Below are positions 41,001-55,395 of a stretch of 64,000 nucleotides of DNA, piece by piece. A program made the position numbers and the translations under genes. The stretch is from Eledone cirrhosa (lineage: Eukaryota): contig OZ024746.1 in the NCBI GenBank assembly GCA_964016885.1, forward strand, positions 90,830,001 to 90,894,000. Direction: 5' to 3'. Below the pieces are notes generated by a model that was not told where the DNA came from, made no database searches, and saw nothing but the letters and a program-made list of their open reading frames with translations. Numbering within the stretch: position 1 is the stretch's first letter; each line of letters begins with the position of its first letter.

Positions 41001-41067
<67 letters not shown>

Positions 41068-41073
<6 letters not shown>

Positions 41074-42021
41074 GAATTAGTATATCTACCAACATATGCG
41101 TACAGATGTACACTAATGCTAGCAAATACATAAGTCATGTCATAGTACCTAGGTGGTTCAATGCAGGAGGATGCAGAACAATAATATGAAAGACGTAAAA
41201 TAAGAAAATTAAAAAAAAAAAAATTAAAAGATAGTTACGTAAAAAAATTTAAAAGATAGTTACGTAATATAACCATCGAGAATTCATTACGTCAACAGGG
41301 AGTCTATTCTCAGCTAAGTCTCCAGGCAATGCGCGGACACTAGGGACTCATATAAAAATAATAATAATTCGGTGGAAGGAACAGCTAGCGGGGACTGGAT
41401 TCCATGCACTGAAAAAGTTCGCTGCCTCTGGTCAAATGGCAGATTCTAAAGAATCAATCACGTGACACTGAGGCTAGTCGGAAGGAGTGGGTTGGTAAGA
41501 TGACAGAAGCCTACTACCACACCAATGAATTAGTAGCGGATTTTGCTAGCATTAGTGTACATCTGTACGCATATGTTGGTAGATATACTAATTCTCTGTA
41601 TTTATCTCCAAATTATTTATTTGTTGAGCAAACCTGCCAAATCCGCTACTAATTCATTGGTGTGGTAGTAGGCTTCTGTCATCTTACCAACCCACTCCTT
41701 CCGACTAGCCTCAGTGTCACGTGATTGATTCTTTAGAATCTGCCATTTGACCAGAGACAGCGAACTTTTTCAGTGCATGGAATCCAGTCCCCGCTAGCTG
41801 TTCCTTCCACCGAATTATTATTATTTTTATATGAGTCCCTAGTGTCCGCGCATTGCCTGGAGACTTAGCTGAGAATAGACTCCCTGATGACGTAATGAAT
41901 TCTCGATGGTTATATTACGTAACTATCTTTATCCCATTACAGAAACTAATTAGTTGGAGTGAAAATTTTATTAAGTAAGTTAATTTTTAATTTTTTTTTT
42001 TTAATTTTCTTATTTTACGTC

Positions 42022-42028
<7 letters not shown>
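41068..42028. repeat. Large double inverted repeat between (TA)n tracts
   Basis: ~41176-41543 inverted at ~41638-42028; 41068-41126 inverted at 41542-41600. Confidence 0.9.
41879..41960 (+). ncRNA. Type-I hammerhead ribozyme fold
   Basis: actcc-CTGATGA-c gtaatg/cattac a-GAAA-ctaattag-TT-ggagt; palindromic stem III aactaattagtt. Confidence 0.7.
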
Positions 42029-42099
<71 letters not shown>

Positions 42100-42184
42100 A
42101 CGAAGTAAGACCAAAAGAAAGCGTTTGGTGAATCTATGGAAAAGCCTTTTCAAATGACCATCGATTTAAAAAGATGTCTTGATA

Positions 42185-42219
<35 letters not shown>

Positions 42220-42255
42220 CTCTATATACAAAACGTTTTTTTTTTTTCATTTCAG

Positions 42256-42317
42256 GTAGACGCGCTCCATCATCCACTTTTCTAAAAAAGGGAATTTACC
42301 ATGGAAAATTTAAGACA
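42256..42317 (+). other. Candidate exon, product unknown
   Basis: Poly-T tract and catttcag acceptor, weak ACA|gtaaat donor; open frame RRAPSSTFLKKGIYHGKFKT. Confidence 0.3.
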
Positions 42318-42667
42318 GTAAATGTTTCCCTATCTTACTCAGCTTATCAACTGTATTAGAGATTAGCATTGGCAGAATCGGTAGAGCATCGGATACCATG
42401 CTTTGCAGCATAGTGTTACGGCCCTTTACTTTCTGAGTTCAAACCCTGCCGTGGCTAACTTTGCTTTTCATCCTTACGGGGTCAATAAAAGTACCAGTAA
42501 TGCACTGGAATTGCTTCAAGTAGAAAATCTCCACCTCCCGAGCAATCCGTTGTTTATTTCCGGAAAAATTAAAGGAAATGTCGACTCTAATGAGTCATCA
42601 ATAGGTAGGAACTATTGACTGATATCGTCGACGGTGAAAGAGAGAAATCTCCACTAACTCTCTAAAA

Positions 42668-43265
<598 letters not shown>

Positions 43266-43599
43266 CTCTAAAAAATAACACGAAAGATAGAACCCCCCCC
43301 CCCCCTCCCCCACACCATGTGACAAATACGGTTATCTCGTTTAGTAGAAAACAATAGAGAGAAAGAAAAAAGAACTACAATGTGTTGGTTGTTTAGATTA
43401 TTTTCTGAACCAGTTAACCGTTTATTGTCGATTTAAGCGACAACAGTTAAACGTTTGTTGTGAACTACAAGCGGCGGCAATTAGTATTTACAGTGACAGC
43501 TGTTAATTACACATTTATTATTGTTGTTTGAGTAGGTTGTATTTTTGGTAACATCAAGTAATGAAATAATCTCAACATGAAGTAATTTACAATAGCGGT

Positions 43600-43860
43600 A
43601 AGAAACTCTCAGGAGAGCTGGACAGCAGAAGCTCTTCAGAAAAGAAACTCCCAGGAGAGCTAGCTGGACAGCAGAAGGTCTTTAGAGAAGAAACTCTCAG
43701 GAGAGCTCGACAGCAGAAGGTCTTCAGAGAAGAAACTGTCAGGAGAGCTGGACAGCAGGAGGTCTTCAGAGAAGAAACTCTCAGGAGAGCTGGACAGCAG
43801 AAGGTCTTTAGAGAAGAAACTCTCAGGAGAGCTGGACAGCAAAAGGTCTTCAGTGAAGAA
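43600..43860. repeat. 42-bp tandem repeat (~6 copies)
   Basis: Unit aagaaactctcaggagagctggacagcagaaggtcttcagag. Confidence 0.9.
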
Positions 43861-44448
43861 GCCCCGCCTCAAGCGAGAGTTTAAGCCCTTAACTTCTTAC
43901 ACTTTATGTCTGAGGCTCTCAAACTTTTTGAGCCCCCCCCCCCCCCCCCCCCAAGCGCCCCCTAACCCTACTTTCAGAGAGACTTGTCTACACGAAAGTT
44001 GTAAATAATATATAATAAATAAAATAGTTAATTTATATATAATAAATAATCTACAATATAAATAAATGGCAATTTCTGTCTGTCTGTCTGTGTGTGTGTA
44101 TCTGTGTATAACCAGTTGGCGCCTACACCAGTGATCCGATCCTGATGAAACTTTACACACATGTTAAGCTAATAATATTCAGAAGCAGGACTGGCTAATT
44201 GGGTTTCAATAAAAACAATAATGGAACCCCTGGGAATATCTTTATAGTGGAGGAGGAAAGAAAAGACGTTTCAGTGAGAGAGGAGGAAGAGGAGGTACTA
44301 CTAGTGTATGTTAAACCCTTCCTCCTCCCACAACTCAGTCCTCCAAAACGAGGCAACAACTTATTAGAAATATACATAAAGAAATTTCAAACAAAGCAGA
44401 CAACAATCTAATTTTAGTTGACGACTGAACAGATGTCTCTGTATATAT

Positions 44449-44480
<32 letters not shown>

Positions 44481-44715
44481 ACGCACACGCACACGCACAC
44501 GCACACGCACACGCACACACATATATATATATATATATATTTGAATATAAAAGAGAGATATACACAGATGTATTCATATATGTGTTCAAATCGTAAGGGA
44601 CCAGATTCGCTAGGGTGAAAATAATACTAACTATGAAGAATAGGGTTTGCCAGACTCAATTTAAAAGAATAAATTAAGAAAAAGAATACAAACCAAAATT
44701 GTGACAACTGTCAGT

Positions 44716-44793
44716 CACTCATACAGTTTTTGGTAATGCTGTTTAGCAAATTTAGTGAAGGGAATTACCAATTCTTTTGCTCATCAGTGAGTG
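44716..44793 (-). ncRNA. Hammerhead fold with one core substitution (GAAA to TAAA), likely inactive
   Basis: Minus strand: cactca-CTGATGA-gcaaa/tttgc-TAAA-cag..ctg-TA-tgagtg. Confidence 0.6.
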
Positions 44794-44977
44794 TGAAATT
44801 AGTAAGCCACCATATTTAAAGTCAGACCTAAAATGGACGCCCATCCCCTGTTTTTTTTAATTTTCAAACGTACTGCGTCTAGCATTACAACACAATATCT
44901 AATATGTGTCTGTCCTTCGATGGAGATTTACTTGCTATTTCTAGAAGGTGGAGAGACTTCATAGAAACTGCCGTAGG

Positions 44978-45153
44978 CAGGGCCTCAAAGAGAAATTTTG
45001 CAAGGTGGTACAAGACACCTTTGGGACCCGAAGCAGGCAAAGACTTTTCTCAAAATGGACGTTGCATGGATGATGTCGGGCCTCCTTCATAACTCTTGGG
45101 CCTCGGAACAAATACCGACTGGACACCCCCACCCCCACCCCTCATAGGCCTTG
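44978..45153. mobile_element. Short hAT-like MITE
   Basis: Termini cagggcct / aggccttg; TSD gccgtagg/tccgtagg. Confidence 0.65.
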
Positions 45154-45242
45154 TCCGTAGGTGGTGTAGTGGTAGAGGATTATACGACATACCTTATTCT
45201 TGTCTCGGAAATGTTCTTTATACATGTGTGTGTATATAAAAG

Positions 45243-46284
45243 ATGAAGATCTTACAGGCTTATGGAATCCCCAAGAAGATAGTGGACCTGATATCACTGC
45301 TCTACACCAACACCAACGCCCAAGTCATTACACCTGATGGGATGACAGAGTTCTTTGAGATACTGGCTGGAGTGCTCCAAGGAGATACATTGGCTCCCTA
45401 CCTTTTTATCATCGTAGTGGACTATTGTATGCGCCTTGCACTGGAGAAACACCAGGACTCTGGCTTTACTGTGGCACCGGCTCAGAGCAGGAGAGTTAAA
45501 TCGAAAAAGGTATCAGATGCTGAATTTGCCGACGACATAGTTTTGGTGGCAAATACAGTGAAGGAGGAAGAGGATTTGATGCGGGAGGTTGAGACTGTGT
45601 CGATGAGTGTGGTGGCTGAGAATGAATGGGACTAAAACAAAATATCTGGTAGAGAATGTTGAGAAGCCAGAGGGGATCACTAATGTAGGCGGGAAGCCGC
45701 TAGAATTGGTTGAGGGCTTCCTGTATTTGGGAGCAAAGATTGGGAATACGGAAGATGATGTGGTTGAGAGGAAGAGCAAAGCCTGGGCAGCGTGCCACAG
45801 CTTGAGATCGGTGTGGAAGTCGGACCTTCGTAAAGACCTGAAAATCCGCCTCTTCATTGCTGTAGTGGAGTCTGTGCTGCTGTACAGGTCTGAGACTTGG
45901 ACACTGACCAAGAAACTCACTCAGATGGTGGATGGGTGCTACACGAGAATGCTGAGGATGGCTCTGAACATTAATTAGTATACAATGAGGATGAAAAACT
46001 CAGAGCTGTATGGGAGCATCCCAAAAGTCAGCTCAAAAGTGACACAGAGGAGACTGAGGTTAGCTGGACATGCTCACCGACATCCAGAGTTGACATTGCA
46101 CTCAATGCTCCTGTGGGAGCCCCTACATGGACACACTGGAAGCGGAAGACCTAGCTTAACGTATGTTGATGCCCTAAGGACAGACACTGGTCTGCTGGAG
46201 ATGCAGGACATGGCAGCGATAATGAGGGACAGAGGCCGCTGGAGAGAACTCGTCCATGGATCTCGGGAATTTTACACGCCCTAG
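45243..46284 (+). mobile_element. 5'-truncated RTE-clade LINE (RT C-terminal half), frameshifted
   Basis: GVLQGDTLAPYLF, EFADDIVL, FLYLG, VESVLLY.SETWTL, RRLRLAGH; followed directly by (TA)n. Confidence 0.93.
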
Positions 46285-46338
<54 letters not shown>

Positions 46339-46487
46339 AAAAAGTGATGAAATCGAAAATGCAACTGGAGTCTTATTTTTTTAAAAAATAAGACTCCAGT
46401 TGCATTTTCGATTTCATCTCTTTTTCTTTATACTTTCACTCGTGTAGGACACCTCGGTTATTTTTCATTTTGTAAAAAAAACCTCAC

Positions 46488-46539
<52 letters not shown>

Positions 46540-47109
46540 TAAAATAACAGATTAAAGTTTAAGCAAATCTCCCCCTTCCCCAATTGACACTTTATAATTA
46601 ATACTACTGTACCAAATGACCAGCCCTGTCCACTGTCCAGTTGGTCAAGTAGTGATTAAATTGGCACTCCCAAAATTCTTATTTAGATTTACTCATGGTA
46701 TTCTCATTAAAAACCCATTATATACTTGTTTAGCAGTAAATTATTTTACCATCTGTCATATACTATCCCCTCTGTTCCTTCCTCTTTTACTAATATAAAT
46801 ACTTCAATTTTTCTGATTTTATCCAGTTTATCCAAAATCTCTGAAGAAGTGACTACTGATTATACATTTGCTATCGAATACTTGCTAACATTATATGATT
46901 ACGCAAGCAGCGATACATAGGTATTCGGTCTGTTACAGAAACATATGTCAATACCTAATAAATTCCTTTTTTAACAAAAGCACTTTCATTTTATATTCAT
47001 CCTTTCTACATTTCTCCGGAATATAATTTATACTCGTTGAGCAAACCTGCACGTACGCTGTTCATCTCTAACGTAACGATATATTATCACTACATTATTG
47101 ATAACCTGA

Positions 47110-47149
<40 letters not shown>

Positions 47150-47251
47150 AGTATTATTTAAATTCATAAACTCTAATATTATTCCTGTATTATTTGAGTC
47201 TATATACGCATCTAAAAGTCAAAGTAATTATTACACTGTATATTTATCTCT

Positions 47252-48455
47252 TCTCTATATATATAAAACGGAAGATGTCTGTCTGTGTGTGTGTATGATT
47301 TTTATGCATTTCCACATTTCTCTACCGATTTTGATGATTTTTTTTCTAATTTACCAACGATGGTCAACGCGTAATAAACTTTGCCAAAAATGTCCTGCTT
47401 CTATGAAAACATCGATAAAACTAAATACATGCTGTAACCCTCTCTCTTACACGCTTATTCACTCTCTCTACTATCCAACAGCGACAAAACTTCGTTCAGG
47501 AAGGCGACATAAACTTTGAAAACTAAACAACACATCATTTTATACAGCAACAAACATAGTCATAACGCTCTCTCCGTCGCTCTTCCCTCTCTCTATAATA
47601 GATTATTTCCCCTCTTTATAATTTAACTGCTTTACTCTCTCTGTCGCTCTTCACTCTCTATATGACAACACTGTTTTACACACTTCCCTATAGTTTCTTA
47701 GCTTTACTCTCTCCATCGCTCTTCCCTCTCTCTATAATAGATTATTCCCCTCTCTATAATTTAAATGCTGGGGGAGTCATTGGACTTCCGTATTGACATA
47801 CGGCTTTTCTGGGGTATTTTAAATCGGCTTATTGCAAATAACAACCCGCAAAATAACACTTCATATAACAGATTAATGCTATAGACATATGAATCGGAAT
47901 TTAAATTATTTATTTTTTACGACTTTCATTGGTTAAATATTAATGTTTGACCTTGACGGCAGAGCTCAAGCCGTTTCGACGGCTATTTCTGGTCCAGAAA
48001 TAGCCGTTGAAACGGCTTGAGCTCTGCCGTCGGGGTCAAACATTTTCTTATTACCCAGGGAACAGGAATGGACTTTTTGCTTACACTCCTCAAGGGATGA
48101 CACGCAATATCGTCTACAAAGAGGTGCTATAGATGTTGGTGCAGGTGTTGGAGGTGTTGGAGCTATGTCGCCTGGAAAACTATTTCCTGGTAGGGTCACC
48201 CATGGCGGACAGATCTGACACCCAGCGGCATCAGGGCCACCATCTTGCAACTTTGGTCTGCTAAATTCGCTATTGGAAGATTATTAACCCATCATTGATT
48301 GTCCAAAAGGCTAATTGGTTCGTAACTTTTAATAACCGGTTCAACTGCTTTATGTACTTAATTGATAAGCTTATTCGCTTTCAAGCCACGTTTACCTGTA
48401 TGTAACTTTTCATAGAAAATGAACAAACCTGAGCAACGCCGGGCTAAACTGCTAG
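47252..48455 (+). mobile_element. Non-autonomous Helitron with nested fold-back element
   Basis: 5' TCTCTATATATATAAAAC, 3' cctgagcaacgccgggc..CTAG|T. Confidence 0.65.
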
Positions 48456-48789
48456 TTACTAATAAATGATAATTTGTACGTTTCAACTTTATCCTGACTA
48501 ATACATGTTTATGTTTTCGAATTTGGAGATGTTTGCACATGTGCTAGCATGTTCGAATTTAGAGATGTTTGTACATGTGCTAGCATTACCCCTTCATAGT
48601 CAGCCTAGGAACTTTTCAGCCCACCCTCGTATTCCTAGGTATAGTGTCAGGAAAATAGACGGGACGATTAATGTTGGTTTGCTTTTGACTATAGTTCTGC
48701 TCGAGCTGGCTTAGGGTTTAAACAACTACAACAATATCAACAACATCATTTATGAGAAAGTATCTAGTTGGTTGCTTGATCTGCTAAAC

Positions 48790-49167
48790 CAGTGTTTCTC
48801 AACCTTTTTGACCCCCGGGCCCACTTTTAGCTCCCGAAAAATGCTCGGGCCCACTTATTTTACAAGCGTAAACTAGTGCTCAAAAACTATTCCGGACTAT
48901 AACCCCCACATGATATATATACTACTGCTTCTCAATCTTTTTGTTCTCCCGGCCCACTTTACTCCCTAGAAATTGCCAGGGTCAGTGCTCAAAGAGCATT
49001 CTGGAACACTTACCCCCATATCATCCCGACTGCATTTAAATTTTGTGTGATCTTAAGTTCCAAGAGAATCTGAAAAAATTTCCAGGCCCACTGAAATTTC
49101 TCTGGGCCCACTCAAAATTGTCTCGGGCCCACTGAGTGGGCTCTTGGCCCACCGTTGAGAACCACCG
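48790..49167. mobile_element. hAT/Charlie-like MITE
   Basis: Termini cagtgtttctcaac / gttgagaaccaccg; perfect 8-bp TSD TGCTAAAC. Confidence 0.88.
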
Positions 49168-49342
49168 TGCTAAACATTGCAGTAAAATATAATTAAATCC
49201 TACAACTTTGTCGTCTTAAAGGATTTCGAGATATACAAAAAATATGCGATGACGATCTTGGTTGGAACAATAACTACAACAACAACCTCAGCAAGAGTAA
49301 CATTAAGAACAGTATTAACAACCACTCCATTATCAACAGTTT

Positions 49343-49620
49343 GCGGTGGATTGGCAGTATCGGTAGAGGGTCGGACACCATGCTTTGCAGCATAGAGTTA
49401 CGGCCCTTTATGGTCTAAGTTCAAATCCCGCCGAGTTTAACTTTGCCTTTCATCCTTACGAGATCGATAAAATAAAGTACCAGTAATGTACTGGGATCGA
49501 TTTAATCGACTCTCCCCACCACCAAATTACTGGTCTTGTGCCTATACTAGTAGAAATCATTATTAACAGTACTGTACTAGGTAATTGCTGGCCTTGTGCC
49601 AAAAAGTAGAAACAATTATC
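49343..49620 (+). mobile_element. tRNA-derived SINE with a duplicated tail
   Basis: Family motifs. Confidence 0.85.
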
Positions 49621-50249
49621 AACAGTTTGCTGACAAAAAAACTACCACCACCACCACCACCACTAGTACCACAAGCAGAACCACTACCAGCTCCATCACC
49701 TAGTCAAGCTCTCTTCCTTTTCCCTCCTCCCCCTTCCCCTCCCCCACCAATACTCCCCCTTCAACCCACTGTCATCACAACACGATGACTGTCTAGAAAA
49801 GAACCCGGCTGTTTCTTCTGCCTCCACTATCCCTGTCTATTAATTACGGCAACAATTTTAACAAACATAATTGACGAAACCCCCCCCCCCCCAAAAAAAA
49901 AAAACCGCAGGCGAAAATAAAAAAAGTGATTTAAAAATAAACCAAGAAAACTTTTAAAAACCAAAGAAAAAAAGAAGGATGTAGGTAGAAGGATGAGACA
50001 ATAATCTTCTATACGTAACTGTGTGTGTGTACGGTACATATATATACATACAGACACACGTACACACACACACATGCGTGTGCATATATTTGTGTGTATG
50101 TATATATAAGTCTCTATATATGTCTCCATATATGTAAATATGCATATATATATATATATATATATATATACTATCCGCGAGCTTCCAACAGAAATGGTCG
50201 CATTCTTTAAGGGTATGTCAATATTTATTTATAAAACTGATCTATATTA

Positions 50250-50314
50250 TATTTTATCTGATGAAAGCGCGCCATAATTTGACTTGGTGTCCTTGAAATA
50301 TGTATAATGAAATA
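50250..50314 (+). ncRNA. Type-I hammerhead ribozyme fold
   Basis: tattttat-CTGATGA-aagcgcgcca/tggtgtcctt-GAAA-tatgta-TA-atgaaata. Confidence 0.72.
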
Positions 50315-50372
50315 AATATGGTTTTATAAATATAGTTTCCATTTGTTAATATATCGTATATATATATATATA

Positions 50373-51199
50373 TATTCTGAGTTAAGGCTCTATTGATTTT
50401 TCCCTGGATTTCACCAAATTCTGTGGATGAATCTATATCCTGATTCTTTTTGAATTGAGTTTGAATTATTTTCCCACATCTTACGTTAACTATTTTTCCA
50501 TTTTGACGCTATAGTCACTTATATATTATGGAATACTGTTGGCTTCTTTCTTGCTACAATAATTTCTATACTTTTCATTTATATTTATACTCGGATTTCT
50601 TTCCTAGAGTGCTTAACATTTATTTGTGACTAATCCCGGTCTTTTTTTAAAAAAAAACCGCGATAATATTGCTTTTGCTGAACTCCTTATATTGTAGATT
50701 TTTTTTCTGAATGTTTTTGACTGTTGTTTCATGTAAACAGACATTCGTCTCATTCTGACGTCACCAGCCCTCTCTCTACATGTGCGTTTTTCTTCATAAT
50801 TACGCATGATGTTGAACTAGCCTGCTTTTAAATTCCCTTTTTGGCATATTATAAACAGTGAGTTTGGTTATCGTGTCTTGAGCTCTGCTGATGATCGATT
50901 CCAACCGTGACCATCCCCAATGAAAGTTTCGTGAAATGGTCTTTAAGACTATACATTGCATTGTAGTTTTTTGAAGGATGAGTATTTTAAACTTTATTTT
51001 ATTCTGAGTTAAGGCTCTATTGATTTTTCCCTGGATTTCACCAAATTCTGTAGATGAATCTATATCCTGATTCTTTTTGAATTGAGTTTGAATTATTTTC
51101 CCACATCTTACGTTAACTATTTTTCCATTTTGACGCTATAGTCACTTATATATTATGGAATACTGTTGGCTTCTTGCTACAATAATTTCTATACTTTTC

Positions 51200-51205
<6 letters not shown>
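50373..51205. repeat. ~205-bp direct duplication (50373-50585 and 51000-51205)
   Basis: tattctgagttaaggctc...cttttcatttatat present twice. Confidence 0.9.
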
Positions 51206-51237
<32 letters not shown>

Positions 51238-52040
51238 ATCTGATTGACGGCTGAAAGAAAGGAGTACTCAGTACTCAATACCGAAATAGAGTTTCAATAT
51301 TCATTTCATATATTTCGTCTCCGAACATTTGTGTATTTACATTACATGTAGGTATGTGTGTGCTCTTGTTATATACGTATTTATTTATTTATTTATATAC
51401 GTTTATTTAATTATTTATTTATTTGTATACACGCACACACACATATTTATATGTGCGTGGTTTTGTATACCTATGGCATGTGTTTTCGCGTATGCTTGTG
51501 TATGTACGTATTTGCATGCGTGTATGTATTTATTTAATTTCTATTACCTTTGTATTGTATTTTATTTACTTTATTCTTAACTCTGAAGCGGAGATTCATT
51601 CGGTTTCCTAGTTAGAATCTTAGTCTACGACTTCAGCTATACGATTTACGTGGTTTTGTCTTTGCGTGCAATTGTTCTCCACGCTCCATATATGACGTAT
51701 TATCTTCGTTTTTTCCGTTCATTGCCAGAGAACGTCTCTATGAACCACCTAATCGAATATTAGTCTACGAGTTCTTTTATACCATAAACGTGGTTCTGTC
51801 TTTGCGCGTAATTGTTTTTCACCGCTCCTATTAATGCCGTATCTTATTCGTTTTTTCCCCGTTCTTTGCCAGCGAACGTTACCACGAACCAAAGTATCGT
51901 CTTCCTGTCTTCCTCCGGTTGCAACGTTTTTTGAAATATCCACTTCTGCGTTCACAGATTGACTTTGTTAGTTTCAGAAGATCCCGTTAAGGGTGAAAGC
52001 AGCGATTCTTTGCTTAAACTTTAATCTGTTATTTTAATAA

Positions 52041-52097
<57 letters not shown>

Positions 52098-52098
<1 letters not shown>

Positions 52099-52204
52099 TA
52101 GCGGCCTCCTGGCTTTCGTCCCGGTTTCTACGTTGCTCAAACCTATTCATAAGGCACCTATTGTCCATAAGGCACCTAACGTCCATTTTCCTTAGAATAA
52201 AAGA
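52098..52204 (-). mobile_element. Mini-Helitron-like element (~107 bp)
   Basis: Minus strand A|TCTTTTATTC...ccggga..ccagg..CTAG|T. Confidence 0.5.
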
Positions 52205-53567
52205 TGTTAAAATCTACTTAAATCTTCTTCTTCTTCTTCTCCTTCTCCTTCTCCTTCTCCTTCTCCTCCTCCTCCTACTTTTTCTTATTATGCCTGAGAG
52301 GGTCATGGGGAAGAGTCCTCAAACACTCCTCCCAGCGGGTCCTGTTAGAAGCAACCGTCTCTAATTGATTTGGCTGGATCCCCAAACGAGACCAAGCTCG
52401 TGGATGTTATCCAACCATCTTGTTCGGAGTTTATTCCGTGGGTCTCTTGTTGGTTGGTTTTGCCCGTAAAAATCTATCCAGTGATTCTTTCCTGAGAGAT
52501 TTTAACCACACCCCCATAGTAACGGAGCTGTGATCTCTCAATCCGGAGAAGTAGTGGTTCTACCTGGAGTGACTCTCTTATCTTGGAGCTACACAATCTA
52601 TCAAGTAACTACGTCTCCTTCTCTTTGTCTGATCTTTTACTATTTTACCTGTTCCAGACCATCAGCCATAGCCCTGCTGCTACTTTACAATGTTGCAAAT
52701 GGCGGTTCTCCAATTAGTTCTTAATTTTACACTTAATGATAGTATTTAAGCAGACCTACCAACCTCTAAAAACCCAAACGTGGAGAACCATGATAAAATG
52801 TGCCCCAAAATGGGGAGAAGCGGGGAAAAATGGGAGATTTTACATAATGAAAGCTATACCCATTTTAACAAGAGAAGATATATCTCACCCACCCCAAAGT
52901 GGGTGGGAGATCTCCCCGTCAGTCGGGGAGAGTTGACAGGTGTGTCTAAGTGATATTTCTCCCTGTTCAATCTTTTATTAAAGCAGGATAATATATTTCT
53001 TTCGTATGATCGGTTTACTGTCAGATATTTTTGTTTGTTAGTATATCCGGTTTATTTCAATTAAATTCGATCATCGTTGCTGAATGAGGAATGTAACACA
53101 ATCCAACATCACATTCAATATCTATTAATTAGAACCTTTTCATTTGTGCAGTGTGTTTGTTAGTGGCCGACTGTTGGTACAATTATTTCAGTAGCTTTGT
53201 TCTGTCTTTTGTTGTAAATAGTGTACCCTTGTAAAGGATGGATTTTAATATTAACAATATGGTTGAAGGAAATTCCCTTGGGGAGCGTTCTGCATACTAA
53301 ATACAAAACCGGTTGTATTTAGTATACAGAACGCTCCCCTGAGATATTTTTCCTCAGCCATATGTTACAACATTCTCTCTATTGAAATGCCTTTGATCAT
53401 AATAAGTCTGCCTGATCAGAATCGACCTGTATAATATCAACTGTATACTCCAACAGAGTTTGTTAGCTTAGTTTTATTGCTAGCTGCAGCTATTTGATTT
53501 CGCTTTGTATATAATTTTATCGCAATTCATGGACATTACTGTCGTTGATTACAGGTTTCCAACAAGT

Positions 53568-54380
53568 TCACTGGTTCACTCCACTTCTAACTGGTTCACT
53601 CCACTTCTAACTGGTTCACTCTACTTCTAACTGACTCACTGCACTTCTAACTGCCTTACTGCACTTCTAACTGGTTCACTGCACTTCTAACTGACTCACT
53701 GCACTTCTAACTGACTCACTGCACTTCTAACGGCTTACTGCACTTCTACCTGGTTCACTGCACTTCTAACTAACTCACTCCATTTCTAACTGGTTCACTC
53801 CACTTCTAACTGACTCACTGCACTTCTACCTGGTTCACTGCACTTCTAACTGGTTCACTGCACTTCTACCTGACTCACTGCACATCTAACTGACTCACTG
53901 CACTTCTAACTGGTTCACTGCACTTCTAACTGACTCACTGCACTTCTAACTGGTTCACTCCACTTCTAACTGACTCACTGCACTTCTAACTGACTCACTG
54001 CACTTCTAACACTCACTGCACTTCTAACTGACTCACTGCACTTCTAACAGACTCACTGCACTTCTAACTGACTCACTGCACTTCTACCTGTTCACTGCAC
54101 TTCTAACTGACTCACTGCACTTCTAACAGACTCACTGCACTTCTAACTGGTTCACTGCACTTCTAACTGACTCACTGCACTTCTAACTGACTCACTGCAC
54201 TTCTAACTGACTCACTGCACTTCTAACTGACTCACTGCACTTCTAACTGGTTCACTGCACTTCTAACTGGCTTACTGCACTTCTAACTGGTTCACTGCAT
54301 TTCTAACTGACTCACTGCACTTCTAACTGACTCACTGCACTTCTAAATGGTTCACTGCACTTCTACCTGACTAACTGCAC
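53568..54380. repeat. 20-bp minisatellite (~40 copies)
   Basis: Unit cactgcacttctaactg(ac/gt)t. Confidence 0.95.
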
Positions 54381-55214
54381 CTCCAACGACAGCACTATCA
54401 ATGAAGCGCTTCTGGTTCTTCTTTTGTCGATGTTTATATATTTCACCAATATACAATACTGACAAATACGTACACGCACACACACACACACATTCATTCA
54501 TGCACACACGCACACACACATTCATACACACGTATACACACACAGCAAACAAAAATCCTAGTCGGTCAAGATCACACTATAGGAAAATGAGCACTCCTAA
54601 CCAATATTCTATTTACACTATATGCAAATGAACATAGTCAGTTGATATTTCATACGCAAGAAACTATATATGTGCCCCCTTTGACCTGTCCAGACCTTCA
54701 ATTTTTAAAACAAAGAGATTGAAAAAAAACATTAAAAAACTACTTCCGCTAGCATGGTATAGCGTGCTTCATCGGACACTGGATTGGTCCCTTTTATTTT
54801 CTCCAGAAGAAGAGATCTTAATCTCGAAATATCAGGACATATAAATAAATTATGGTAAAAACGCACATCATGTTTTATCCGCCTTGTTTATCCATCCAAT
54901 TCGCATTGCCGTGGCTTTCAATCTTCTATTTCTCTATATATGTGTTAGTATGTACTTGTCTCAGTATGGAATGAGTAACTGTCACAGATGACGGATAAAA
55001 ATGCTGATACGCGTACCTGACATTCTCACTGGCTACATAACTGTGGCATGATCACTGCTTAAAACAATCATAGTGAGACTCTCTGAGCGACAGTAGCTAT
55101 AACCTGAAAAGAATAAAAGATCAACATCATCGCTATATACATGCATACAGGTATACATACATACACACATACATAAATACATAGATACACGCATACATAA
55201 ATACATACATAGAT

Positions 55215-55395
55215 GGGATGAAGAAAAATCTTGACCTAGTTACAACATTCTCAAAGGATATAGGAATGGAGTTTGACCAAGATAAATGTTCTTATATGAC
55301 TGTAAAGAGGGGAAAAACTACAACCCAATCTAGCAACATTTGTATTAATGGCCTAACTGTTTCGCCGACATCTGATGAGGACTGCTACAGATACA
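55215..55395 (+). mobile_element. R4/Dong-like LINE RT fragment
   Basis: DLVTTFSKDIGMEFDQDKC; homologous to 61090-61265 in the opposite orientation. Confidence 0.8.

Noticed and set aside
44143-44160. CTGATGA hammerhead core
   Set aside because: No stem II/GAAA arrangement; part of a Helitron-like 5' end (~44050-44250)
55017-55103. Minus-strand coding exon with good splice sites
   Set aside because: All three frames contain stops; the region resembles a LINE 3' UTR
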